A program made the position numbers and the translations under genes. Under the pieces are notes generated by a model. It worked only from the letters and a program-made list of their open reading frames with translations. It had not been told where the DNA came from and ran no database searches. A stretch of DNA of 64,000 nt from a virus. Positions 49,134-57,685 of the stretch are shown here, piece by piece. Within the stretch, counting starts at the first letter, position 1; each line of letters opens with the position of its first letter. The stretch lies in the IMG/VR virus record IMGVR_UViG_3300017991_000052. One strand, given 5' to 3'.

Positions 49134-49919
49134 ATGGCTGAAATAAGATTTTTATCAAAGGGAGATATAAGGAAGGTGGCACCAGCAGTTTTATCACATA
49201 ATGCTGCTGATTATGTTTCAAGTAAATATTCTTTTGTTCCTACTGATACAATTATTGATACATTAAATAAAGAAGGATGGGGAGTTACTAGTGTAACTCA
49301 ATCTAAACCTCTTAAGAAATATGTAGAACGTACAATGGTACAAAAACATATTGTAAGATTCAGAAATAAGGATGTTGATATTGAAGATAAAGAATATATA
49401 CCTGAAATAGTATTAGTAAATTCTCATGATCGAACAAAGAAATTTATGTTCTATGCAGGAATATTTAGGCTTGTATGCGAAAATGGATTAATAGTAGCAA
49501 CATCAACACTCGAAAGATTTGAACTGATTCATAAAAGCATTGAAAAAAATGAACTGCTTGGCGCGATCGAAAAGGTAATAAAAAGACTGAATTTAGTTAC
49601 TGGAAAAATTGATGAGATGAAAAAAGTAACATTGAGTCCTCAACAGCAATTAGCATTTGCAAAGAAAGCATTTGAAGTTAAATATGGACATTGTGTAACT
49701 CCATTACAGTCAAAGCAGCTTTTAGAAATTCGCAGGCCAGAAGATAATAAGAACGATCTTTGGACAAAATTCAATGTTATTCAAGAAAATGTTATGAAAG
49801 GCGGGATTGTTGGTAATAAAGAGAATGGTCGAAAAATAACAGCAAAGCCAATTACTAATGTTTTACGTATAGTAAAAGTAAATGAGAAACTTTGGGAATT
49901 AGCTGAATCATATGCATAA
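49134..49919 (+). CDS. DUF932 family protein
   Basis: SSKYSFVPT, KHIVRFR, NSHDR, AGIFRLVCENGL, DLWTKFNVIQEN, N.KLWELA. Confidence 0.85.
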   Translation: MAEIRFLSKGDIRKVAPAVLSHNAADYVSSKYSFVPTDTIIDTLNKEGWGVTSVTQSKPLKKYVERTMVQKHIVRFRNKDVDIEDKEYIPEIVLVNSHDRTKKFMFYAGIFRLVCENGLIVATSTLERFELIHKSIEKNELLGAIEKVIKRLNLVTGKIDEMKKVTLSPQQQLAFAKKAFEVKYGHCVTPLQSKQLLEIRRPEDNKNDLWTKFNVIQENVMKGGIVGNKENGRKITAKPITNVLRIVKVNEKLWELAESYA

Positions 49920-49936
49920 ATAAAGGAGTGATAAAC

Positions 49937-50317
49937 ATGGGAAAAGTAAAGAAATACTATCAACTGAAACTTCAGGAAGATAAGATCAAAACAGAAAAGA
50001 ATGAGATCCGCAAAGAACTTATATCTGAGATCAAAAAGCTTCCAGGCAAAAATGAAGATAAATTTTTAATGGAAGATAATTTAAAAGCTGAAATTACTTA
50101 TAAGCGTTCTACAGTTTATGATAATCCAACTGAAACAAAGAAATATTTTGAAAAACTTGGATTAGGTGAATTAGTCAATGTAGAAATTAAATTTGATAAT
50201 AAAAAAATAGATGAACTTATTAAAAAAGGTAAGCTTAATAAAAAGGAAATAGACAAGATGCGTACAGTATCATGGACAAGTCCAACTTTATTTGTAGATG
50301 TGGTGGAGAAAGGATAA
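49937..50317 (+). CDS. Hypothetical Lys-rich helical protein
   Basis: AAGGAG RBS; ORF. Confidence 0.6.
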   Translation: MGKVKKYYQLKLQEDKIKTEKNEIRKELISEIKKLPGKNEDKFLMEDNLKAEITYKRSTVYDNPTETKKYFEKLGLGELVNVEIKFDNKKIDELIKKGKLNKKEIDKMRTVSWTSPTLFVDVVEKG

Positions 50318-50322
50318 GATTA

Positions 50323-50634
50323 ATGGAAAACAAAAAAAATGAAGTTGCTCATGTGCTATCAACGGTTTTAGGAAAAGCAGTTAGTGATATTAATTTGGTA
50401 ATTTTTTTAATGTTAATTATGTCTAATGATGAAAATCATAAAGATATAATAAATGAAATTACAAGTAATGTTAATAGGGATATTAATAATTTCACTAAGA
50501 AGCTTGTAAAAAATAAAGGGTTAATTCAAGTAGCTAGAGATATATTAGAGAATACAGAATTCGAAGATCATGATGAGAATAAAGTAATTGTTAAACTACA
50601 CGATAATTTCTCTAATATGATAAGCTTTAATTAA
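50323..50634 (+). CDS. Hypothetical protein
   Basis: ORF with an RBS at the internal ATG. Confidence 0.55.
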   Translation: MENKKNEVAHVLSTVLGKAVSDINLVIFLMLIMSNDENHKDIINEITSNVNRDINNFTKKLVKNKGLIQVARDILENTEFEDHDENKVIVKLHDNFSNMISFN

Positions 50635-50685
50635 ATTGGAGGTGGCTCACTAATGAATTTTTGATCAATAATAAACGGGGGATTT

Positions 50686-50907
50686 ATGTGTATAATTTCA
50701 TATGAAGAAAAAATCGGCAATGAATTATTAGTTATCTATCCAGAAGAATATGTATATAGTAATAGATTAAGAGAGTTCGTAAAGATAAATAAAGAGAAAG
50801 CAGAACAGCATTTTAAAAAGCAAAAAGAATATATGAAGATCAGTAATTTTTTAGTATTTATTTGGTTTCAATTGGCAGAAAAACCTAAAGAGGTGATAGT
50901 ATTATGA
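50686..50907 (+). CDS. Hypothetical protein
   Basis: GGGGG RBS. Confidence 0.5.
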   Translation: MCIISYEEKIGNELLVIYPEEYVYSNRLREFVKINKEKAEQHFKKQKEYMKISNFLVFIWFQLAEKPKEVIVL

Positions 50908-50910
50908 ATA

Positions 50911-51387
50911 ATGAACATTGTGGTAAATATGCAAAATGTAATAATGCTGAGGGATGTGATGATTGTGAGTACAATGAAGAAGAAGAATAATATTCACGAA
51001 GATAAATCGATACATTTAACAGATGAACAATATACTTTCATTTTAAAGAAAGCTCGTAAGAATCTTGATAAAATCAAAAAGATAAAAATGGAAGATTCTA
51101 CTGAGATTGGTAATAAATATACTATAAGTAATGTAGGTCTATGTAACGACAGGCTTACCACCAGAGACACAGCGTTGCTGCCGGCTGAATTCCCCAGGAC
51201 AAGGTGGATGTTATATAGGGGAATGTCCCACAAGTGCCCGCTGGACGGTCGACAAAAACCATGTGATGTACAGGGATGGGGTGGTGGATGTTTCTATGAT
51301 TGTTTATTATTTAATAAGAAAGTAAAAACAATATCTGAGATCAAGGAATTATATGATAAAAGAATAAGGGAAATAAGTAATGGATAA
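50911..51387 (+). CDS. Cys-containing hypothetical protein (start uncertain)
   Basis: GLC...HKCPLD...GCFYDC; contains a GC-rich patch. Confidence 0.55.
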   Translation: MNIVVNMQNVIMLRDVMIVSTMKKKNNIHEDKSIHLTDEQYTFILKKARKNLDKIKKIKMEDSTEIGNKYTISNVGLCNDRLTTRDTALLPAEFPRTRWMLYRGMSHKCPLDGRQKPCDVQGWGGGCFYDCLLFNKKVKTISEIKELYDKRIREISNG

Positions 51388-51571
51388 TGAGATAAAAACT
51401 TTACTTCAAGATATTATTAAAAGACCAAAAGAAATTGTAGAGATTATGAAAAAGCATAATATTATAATTGATAATTTAAATAATAAAATGCAGAAATATG
51501 CTTTCACTTTATATACAGATTTAGTTGAATATTCTAGTAGGGCCGAAAATCTACTTAAAGAAGCGGAGTAA
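51380..51571 (+). CDS. Hypothetical protein
   Basis: Overlapping ORF with RBS. Confidence 0.5.
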   Translation: MDNEIKTLLQDIIKRPKEIVEIMKKHNIIIDNLNNKMQKYAFTLYTDLVEYSSRAENLLKEAE

Positions 51572-51579
51572 AAATAAAG

Positions 51580-51747
51580 ATGAAAAGAAAAACAATAAAA
51601 ATAAACATTGAAGCTACTCTTTCATACGAGATAAATGAATTTGATGATCTTAAATATGCAATACAAGATATAGAAGAAAAAGTAGAATCTTTACAAGAAC
51701 ATGGAGAAACAAAAATTTCTATTAATATAAGTGACAGGAAAAAATAA
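51580..51747 (+). CDS. Hypothetical protein (55 aa)
   Basis: Fills the gap; coupled to the next gene by TAATG. Confidence 0.45.
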   Translation: MKRKTIKINIEATLSYEINEFDDLKYAIQDIEEKVESLQEHGETKISINISDRKK

Positions 51748-52124
51748 TGAAATTTAAAATAAAAATGAGATTAATAAAATTACTTAATAAGTTTCCTAAA
51801 CTTCCAAAAGATGAAAATTGTTCTTATGCAAATGGTAATGGATATATTCAATGGAGTAAAGAAGAATATAATAATTTAAGAAATGAATTTTTAGATCTTG
51901 TAAAGGATAATCATCCTAGTTTAAAAAAGACAGTAAAAATAACTAAAGATATGGATTCTAATTTAGGAGTAATGGGAAGATGTCTTGATGATATGGATTC
52001 TATATTATATGCAGTATGGTGTAGATTTATGAAGATAGATAACCAACAAAGAGAATGGGGACAAACATATTATGCAATACATCCAGAGAAGGCAAGGAAA
52101 ACAATATGTCTGAACAAAAATTAA
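51747..52124 (+). CDS. Hypothetical protein
   Basis: 125-aa ORF; ID...REWGQ.YYA.HP motif. Confidence 0.6.
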   Translation: MKFKIKMRLIKLLNKFPKLPKDENCSYANGNGYIQWSKEEYNNLRNEFLDLVKDNHPSLKKTVKITKDMDSNLGVMGRCLDDMDSILYAVWCRFMKIDNQQREWGQTYYAIHPEKARKTICLNKN

Positions 52125-52435
52125 TACCATTTCCTAGAAATTTAAAGATCAAATTTAGTCATGATTATCCTAAATTATGGGGACAAACTGTAGGTTATTT
52201 AATGGCTGTAGAAAAAATATTTTATGAAGATATTATGCAAGATCTTATAGAATATGATACTAAAATAAATGATGGAGAATATTATAAATTATATGGGAAT
52301 GAATTTTTAATATTATATTTTAGGGGGGAGAAATTAATTCCATTTTGTACTATTAGACCTTATAACAAAGAAAAAGAAGAATATTATAGATCAAATATAA
52401 ATAGGTGGTTCGACATAATAATAAAAAGGGGGTGA
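52106..52435 (+). CDS. Hypothetical protein
   Basis: AAGGA RBS at the internal ATG. Confidence 0.55.
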   Translation: MSEQKLIPFPRNLKIKFSHDYPKLWGQTVGYLMAVEKIFYEDIMQDLIEYDTKINDGEYYKLYGNEFLILYFRGEKLIPFCTIRPYNKEKEEYYRSNINRWFDIIIKRG

Positions 52436-52438
52436 AAT

Positions 52439-52636
52439 ATGTTTAACTTCTTAAAGAAATTTGCAGAATCTAGAACTGCTTATACTATTGGTATGGTTTG
52501 TAATGGATTATTATTTTTTATGTCGATATTAATAGTATTAGCAGCTAGTGATAGATTAGAGGGATTATCTATATGTTTATTATTTGGTCTTAATACACTT
52601 ATATGTGTTAGTAATTTGGCAAGGATAGCTAAATAA
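52439..52636 (+). CDS. Two-TM membrane protein
   Basis: Two hydrophobic helices. Confidence 0.55.
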   Translation: MFNFLKKFAESRTAYTIGMVCNGLLFFMSILIVLAASDRLEGLSICLLFGLNTLICVSNLARIAK

Positions 52637-52812
52637 GCTTATATGTGCAATTATATTAATAAGCTTATATATGCACATGATATAAAGCATAAGTATTAAT
52701 TAATAGCTTATACTTTAATTAATATTTTATACTTTTACTAAATTTCTATACTCTTACTTAATTAGTAGCTTAATATTTAACGTTATATATTAAGCATAAT
52801 AAGGATAATAAG
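52630..52812. repeat. AT-rich non-coding patch with direct and inverted repeats (candidate replication origin)
   Basis: AATAAGCTTATAT(G/A)TGCA twice, further (T/A)AGCTTA and TAAGCA copies, TATACT three times; upstream of the replication module. Confidence 0.5.
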
Positions 52813-53019
52813 ATGAATGTAAAAATAAAGACAAGCAGAATATTTAAATATTATGAAAATGAAGGATATGACATCGAATATGAAAAAGACAATGAGATCA
52901 AGATGACAAAATTCTCTATCAAACAAGGATTTGGGATCGGGAATTTTAAAAAAAGAGCTCTTGATTCGATGTATTTGACAATAACTTCCGATGGGGATGT
53001 GATTGATACACCATTTTAG
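52813..53019 (+). CDS. Hypothetical protein
   Basis: AAGGA RBS. Confidence 0.5.
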   Translation: MNVKIKTSRIFKYYENEGYDIEYEKDNEIKMTKFSIKQGFGIGNFKKRALDSMYLTITSDGDVIDTPF

Positions 53020-53022
53020 TTA

Positions 53023-53051
53023 TTTACAATAAAAAATTTTTGTGTTATAAT
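53023..53051 (+). promoter_or_regulatory. Promoter, class II
   Basis: TTTACA-17 nt ending TGT-TATAAT. Confidence 0.75.
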
Positions 53052-53082
53052 TCATTCACAATTTTAAATGGGGAGGAAAAAC

Positions 53083-53520
53083 ATGGCTGAAAAATTTTCA
53101 AAAATAACAACAAGGATTCCAAGACAACAATATTCATATATTGAAGTAGAGCGAGGGTGTAATGATGCTGATGAAGAAAAAATAATAGTTGAATCAATGA
53201 AGAAAATGATTGAAGATAATGCTTTAGTAGAAAATGAAAATAAAGGGAATTTAGAAGTAATTGTTGATGGTCAAAATTGTGAAGTATGTGGTGGTAGAAT
53301 TTTAGAACAAATTGGTATTTCAAAGAAAACAAATAAACCATATCATAAACTTTGTTGTGAACACAATATTCAGATTCCTAAAGAAGTAAAACCAAATATT
53401 AATAATGAAAAAGTAATTGAAACCCAAAAATTTGTTTCGGGGACTGTTACAATAAATAATGAACAAAAGAAATATTGTAATTATCTCCGCTGGATTTCTG
53501 TAAGATCTCTTGAACAATAA
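53083..53520 (+). CDS. Zn-ribbon hypothetical protein
   Basis: CEVCGG...GISKKT.KPY...C...C..W pattern; GGAGG RBS. Confidence 0.6.
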   Translation: MAEKFSKITTRIPRQQYSYIEVERGCNDADEEKIIVESMKKMIEDNALVENENKGNLEVIVDGQNCEVCGGRILEQIGISKKTNKPYHKLCCEHNIQIPKEVKPNINNEKVIETQKFVSGTVTINNEQKKYCNYLRWISVRSLEQ

Positions 53521-53532
53521 ATAGGGGTTAAT

Positions 53533-54267
53533 ATGAAGAAGCACAATGATGCAATTTGTCCTGCATGTGGATCATACAATAAATTGTATAATGATATAAC
53601 AATAAATGGTAATCAATTAAGATGTGATTGTAAAGAACAAAAAGAGAAAAGAAGACTTCTTTTAAAAGCAAATATTCCGTATGAATATTGGTTTAAAGAT
53701 TTTAATGATTATGAAGGAGATCAAACTGCTTTAAAGGAAGTAAAAGAATATATTCAAAATCTAGATAATTATTATCATGAGAACATTGGTTTATTTTTAT
53801 ATGGAAATAATGGTGTTGGAAAAACTTTAATGTTAGTTCAAGTATTAAGAGAGGCAAGTAGAAAAAAACATTCAATATTTTTTGTTCCATATTCTAAAGT
53901 AATTACAATGCTAACAAATTCATGGTATGATACGAAAGCAAAAAAAGATTTTGAAAGACAAATTGAACAAGTAGATTTTTTATTGGTTGATGATATTGGG
54001 AAAGCATATCATTCTCAAGGTGGATTAGCTGAAAGTACTTTCGAAAATTGTTTAAGATATAGATCAAATCCAACATTAATTTCTTCAAATAAAAATGTTG
54101 AAGAAGTTAGAAGAATGTATGAAGGAACTTGGGGAGAAAGTATAGCATCATTGATTTATGGAAAAAGTATTCAAATAGTTGTACAAGGTAGAGATTATAG
54201 AAAAGATATGTCTTCTAAATTAAAACAGCGTGGTCAAACTGAGATACATTATAGACCTTTAATATAA
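53533..54267 (+). CDS. DnaC/IstB-like helicase loader ATPase
   Basis: N-terminal CPAC/CDC, Walker A GNNGVGKT, Walker B LLVDDIG, PTLISSN, GRDYR. Confidence 0.9.
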   Translation: MKKHNDAICPACGSYNKLYNDITINGNQLRCDCKEQKEKRRLLLKANIPYEYWFKDFNDYEGDQTALKEVKEYIQNLDNYYHENIGLFLYGNNGVGKTLMLVQVLREASRKKHSIFFVPYSKVITMLTNSWYDTKAKKDFERQIEQVDFLLVDDIGKAYHSQGGLAESTFENCLRYRSNPTLISSNKNVEEVRRMYEGTWGESIASLIYGKSIQIVVQGRDYRKDMSSKLKQRGQTEIHYRPLI

Positions 54268-54272
54268 TTTAA

Positions 54273-54427
54273 GGTGGGTAGTTAAGGAGCCCATGTTAAT
54301 GAGGGCTGTCAAAATAATTTCATTACTGGTGGTAGGATTTGGTATTCTAATGACTAGATAGGAATGCCATCCCTCCCGAGTTAGCGAGAACTCGTTAAAA
54401 ATTAACGCAAAAACTTAACTACCCATT
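54273..54427 (+). ncRNA. Putative structured RNA (multi-stem, end-paired), family unknown
   Basis: 12-bp perfect pairing 54275-54286/54414-54425 encloses several GC-rich hairpins; non-coding. Confidence 0.6.
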
Positions 54428-54445
54428 CTCAAAAAGGAGAATTAA

Positions 54446-55477
54446 ATGGAAAGAAAATTAGCAAGTATTCAAAAAATTGTAGATGTTAAACCAATAGAAA
54501 ATGCAGATGCTATTGAAAAAGTTCAGATATTAGGTTGGCAATGTGTTTCTAGAAAAAATGAATTTAAGCCCGGAGATCTAGCTATATATTTTGAAATAGA
54601 TTCCTTTCTTCCAATTGATGAAAGATATGAATTTTTAAGAAAAAGTTCTCATAAAATATTAACAGATGGAAGAGAAGGTTTTAGATTACGAACAATAAAA
54701 TTAAGAAAAACATTAAGTCAAGGATTATTATTGTCACTTAAAGAATTCCCTGAAATTGTCGATGCCAAAGAAGGACAAGATGTTACTGAGATACTTAAAA
54801 TAGAAAAATATGAACCTCCAATTCCAACAAATTTAAGTGGTCAAATATTTGGTAAATTTCCAACTCATATAGTACCTAAAACAGATGAAATTAGAGTACA
54901 ATCAATTCCAACAATTTTAGATGAAATGAAAGATAGACAATACTATATTACTACAAAAGTTGATGGTACAAGTTCTACATTTTATTATAAAGATGGACAT
55001 TTTGGAGTATGTGGAAGAAATTGGGAATATAAAGAAGATGAAACCAATACTTATTGGAAGATTGCTAAGAAATATAAATTAAAAGAATTAATGGAAGAAG
55101 ATAAAAGAAATATTGCTATTCAAGGAGAAATAGTTGGTCCAGGAATACAAAAAAATCCGTTATTATTAAAAGAATTAGAGATAAGAGTTTTTTCAGTATA
55201 TCTTATTGATGAACATCAATATGCGAGTATTAATGAAGCTCAAGAAATTTGTGAATCATTAGAATTACCATTTGTTCCTATTGATGAGATGGGAGATTCA
55301 TTTAATTATACATTAGATGAATTATTAGAAAAGGCTAAAGGTAAATATAAAAATACTGATCGTAATAGAGAAGGAATTGTTATACGACCTCAAATTGAGG
55401 CTGTATCTGTGATCCTCGAAGGTCGCATGTCATTCAAAGTTATAAATAACGATTTTTTACTTGGTAATAATGAATAA
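54446..55477 (+). CDS. ATP-dependent RNA ligase (Rnl2-like, DRB0094 family)
   Basis: RKLASIQ...PI.NAD.IE N-terminal domain, KVDGTS motif I, QGEIVG, REGIV, SFKVIN. Confidence 0.9.
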   Translation: MERKLASIQKIVDVKPIENADAIEKVQILGWQCVSRKNEFKPGDLAIYFEIDSFLPIDERYEFLRKSSHKILTDGREGFRLRTIKLRKTLSQGLLLSLKEFPEIVDAKEGQDVTEILKIEKYEPPIPTNLSGQIFGKFPTHIVPKTDEIRVQSIPTILDEMKDRQYYITTKVDGTSSTFYYKDGHFGVCGRNWEYKEDETNTYWKIAKKYKLKELMEEDKRNIAIQGEIVGPGIQKNPLLLKELEIRVFSVYLIDEHQYASINEAQEICESLELPFVPIDEMGDSFNYTLDELLEKAKGKYKNTDRNREGIVIRPQIEAVSVILEGRMSFKVINNDFLLGNNE

Positions 55478-55501
55478 AAAAGGACAAAGTAGTAGTAATA
55501 G

Positions 55502-55525
55502 TTATATATAATACAATATATATAA
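55502..55525. promoter_or_regulatory. Palindromic operator candidate
   Basis: TTATATATA-N6-TATATATAA immediately upstream of the RHH gene. Confidence 0.4.
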
Positions 55526-55551
55526 TTTGTAATACATAAAGGAGGTAAATT

Positions 55552-55692
55552 ATGTCAGAAATGAAGACAATACAAGTAAAGTTAAAAGATAAAGATATAA
55601 AAGAATTAAAAATTTTATCTAAGAATAGTGGGCTATCATTAAGTGCTTATATTAGAATGAATTTAAGGAGAATGTTAAAAAAATGCCAATAG
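55552..55692 (+). CDS. Ribbon-helix-helix (CopG-like) protein, 46 aa
   Basis: KTIQVKL...KELKILSKNSGLSLSAYIR; AGGAGG RBS; missed by the ORF track. Confidence 0.7.
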   Translation: MSEMKTIQVKLKDKDIKELKILSKNSGLSLSAYIRMNLRRMLKKCQ

Positions 55693-56426
55693 GAATATAT
55701 AAAAGAACTAAAGAACATTGTAAAAACATTTCTGAAGCTAAAAAAGGCTACATTGTTACTAAAAAAACTAAGTCATTAATTAGTAAAGCAAATATAGGAA
55801 AAAAACGCACAAAAAAACAAATAGAAAATATGAGCAAGAGTCGTAAAAAATATTTTCAAATTCACGATGCTCCAATGAAAGGTAAAAAATTCACAAAAGA
55901 TCATATAGAAAAATTACGACAAGCAAAATTAGGAACAAAACATTCAAAGAAAACAAAATTAAAGATGAGTAAATCTCGAAAAGGAAGAAAAATAATATTT
56001 TCGAAAAAAGCAAAAGAAAATATGAGTTTAGGTGCTATAAAAAGATTAATGAATGGAAAAGATAATTATGCGAGGGGGAAAAGAGGATATTTTTATTCAA
56101 AGAAGAATTGTAAAAAGGTATATTATCGATCATCATGGGAATTACAGGCATACAAAATATTGGAATTAATGAAAGAAGTAAAGAATTATTTTATAGAACC
56201 ACTTAGAATCCCTTATCTATTTAATGGAACTATTCACAATTATCTTCCAGATATACTAATAAAATATAAAAATGGAATAAAAGAATTAATAGAAATAAAA
56301 CCTAAATTTAAATTGCAAGATAAAAAAACAATATATAAGTTAAATGCTGGTATGCAATATGCATTGGCAAATAATATAAAATTTAATATTTGGGATAATG
56401 ATTACTTATTAAAAGACGAAAACTAA
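55683..56426 (+). mobile_element. Homing endonuclease: NUMOD3 repeats plus TnsA-like PD-(D/E)XK domain
   Basis: GKKRTK, GKKFTKDH and GTKHSKKTK repeats; YRSSWE, EP..IPY, YLPDILI, LIEIKP. Confidence 0.8.
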
Positions 56427-56443
56427 TTTAAAAGGGGGGCGCC

Positions 56444-57685
56444 ATGAAAGCCGAATATTCTCTACTTAATGCAATATTAACACAAAATAGAATTGCTTTT
56501 GTTATTAAAAAATTAAAGCCATATCATTTTGGGGATGATTATGCTCGTGAAGTTTATAAGTTCTTTTGTAAATTTTTTAAAGAATATCATAAGACACCAA
56601 GCTCCAGTATTACAAGACAAAAATTCAGAGAATATGATTATCAAGAAGAAAATGGAGATATTAATTATTTAGTAAATGAAGTGATGAATAAATATAGTGA
56701 ATATAAATTATTAGGTATTTTAAATGATGCAGCAAATAAATTAAAAGAAAATTCAAGTGAAGAAGTTCTTAATTATGTAATAAGTAATGGATTGAAATTA
56801 AGATCAGAATCTCAAAAAGAAGAGGATCTTGATTTGCTTAATATTACTGATGAAATAATAAAAGATTATCAAGTTAGAAAAGAAAGAGGAGCAATTTCAG
56901 GCATTCCATCTGGAATTCCGAGTTTAGATAATTTAATATGTGGATGGCAAAATGGAGAATTAATTAATATAATGGCTGGTACAGGAATTGGCAAATCATT
57001 TTTAGCAACTCATTTTGCAACTCATGCATGGAGAAATGGATATAAACCATTATATATTTCTTTTGAAATGTCTCCTAAACAAATTTATACTCGAGTATTA
57101 GCATTACAATTAAATTTAAATCCTAGAGATATTAAACATGGACAATTAACTGAAGAGAATGAACAAAGATTAAAAGAATATTTAAATAATTTAAAAAATG
57201 CTACAGATGGAAGAACAAGTTTTATTGTATCTTCACCACATAATGCAACACAATCTTCAGTATTAGCTGCAATTAATAACCATAATCCAGATATTGTTTT
57301 TGTAGATTATATTACTTTAATGAAAGATGAAAATGGAGATAAAAGCTGGGAAGCTGTAAAAAATATTTCAAGAGATTTGAAGAATTTTGCTCGTAAATGT
57401 AATATTCCTGTTATTTCATTATGTCAAGCGAATAGAGAATTTGATGTTGGCGGAAGTGAACCGCCGGAATTAGATAATGTTGGGTATTCTAGAGCAATAG
57501 CTCAAGATTCAGATATAATTATTTCTATACATCAAAACAATGATCAAAGAAATGATGGGGTAATGAAAGCAAAAGTTGTAAAAATGAGAGATGGTGAAGT
57601 TGGATTACTTATTGATTTAATGTGGTATCTTAATGATGGTATTATTAGGGAAAATATACATGACTTTGGATATAGACCTGCTTGA
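56444..57685 (+). CDS. dnaB: DnaB-like replicative helicase
   Basis: GIPSG...LD, AGTGIGKS, SFEMS, VDYITLM, LCQANR, IAQDSD, KMRDG. Confidence 0.92.
   Translation: MKAEYSLLNAILTQNRIAFVIKKLKPYHFGDDYAREVYKFFCKFFKEYHKTPSSSITRQKFREYDYQEENGDINYLVNEVMNKYSEYKLLGILNDAANKLKENSSEEVLNYVISNGLKLRSESQKEEDLDLLNITDEIIKDYQVRKERGAISGIPSGIPSLDNLICGWQNGELINIMAGTGIGKSFLATHFATHAWRNGYKPLYISFEMSPKQIYTRVLALQLNLNPRDIKHGQLTEENEQRLKEYLNNLKNATDGRTSFIVSSPHNATQSSVLAAINNHNPDIVFVDYITLMKDENGDKSWEAVKNISRDLKNFARKCNIPVISLCQANREFDVGGSEPPELDNVGYSRAIAQDSDIIISIHQNNDQRNDGVMKAKVVKMRDGEVGLLIDLMWYLNDGIIRENIHDFGYRPA

Noticed and set aside
52630-52812. CRISPR mini-array
   Set aside because: Repeats are short, degenerate and irregularly spaced, with no unique spacers of constant length
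53533-54267. IS21 IstB transposition helper
   Set aside because: No IstA transposase nearby; the N-terminal zinc motif and dnaB/dnaG context indicate a helicase loader
54273-54427. tRNA, tmRNA, hammerhead ribozyme or simple terminator
   Set aside because: No T-loop or CCA end, no CUGAUGA/GAAA core, and too complex for a terminator, with no U-tract
55683-56426. Tn7 transposon (TnsA)
   Set aside because: No TnsB, TnsC or TnsD; NUMOD3 fusion is typical of free-standing phage homing endonucleases
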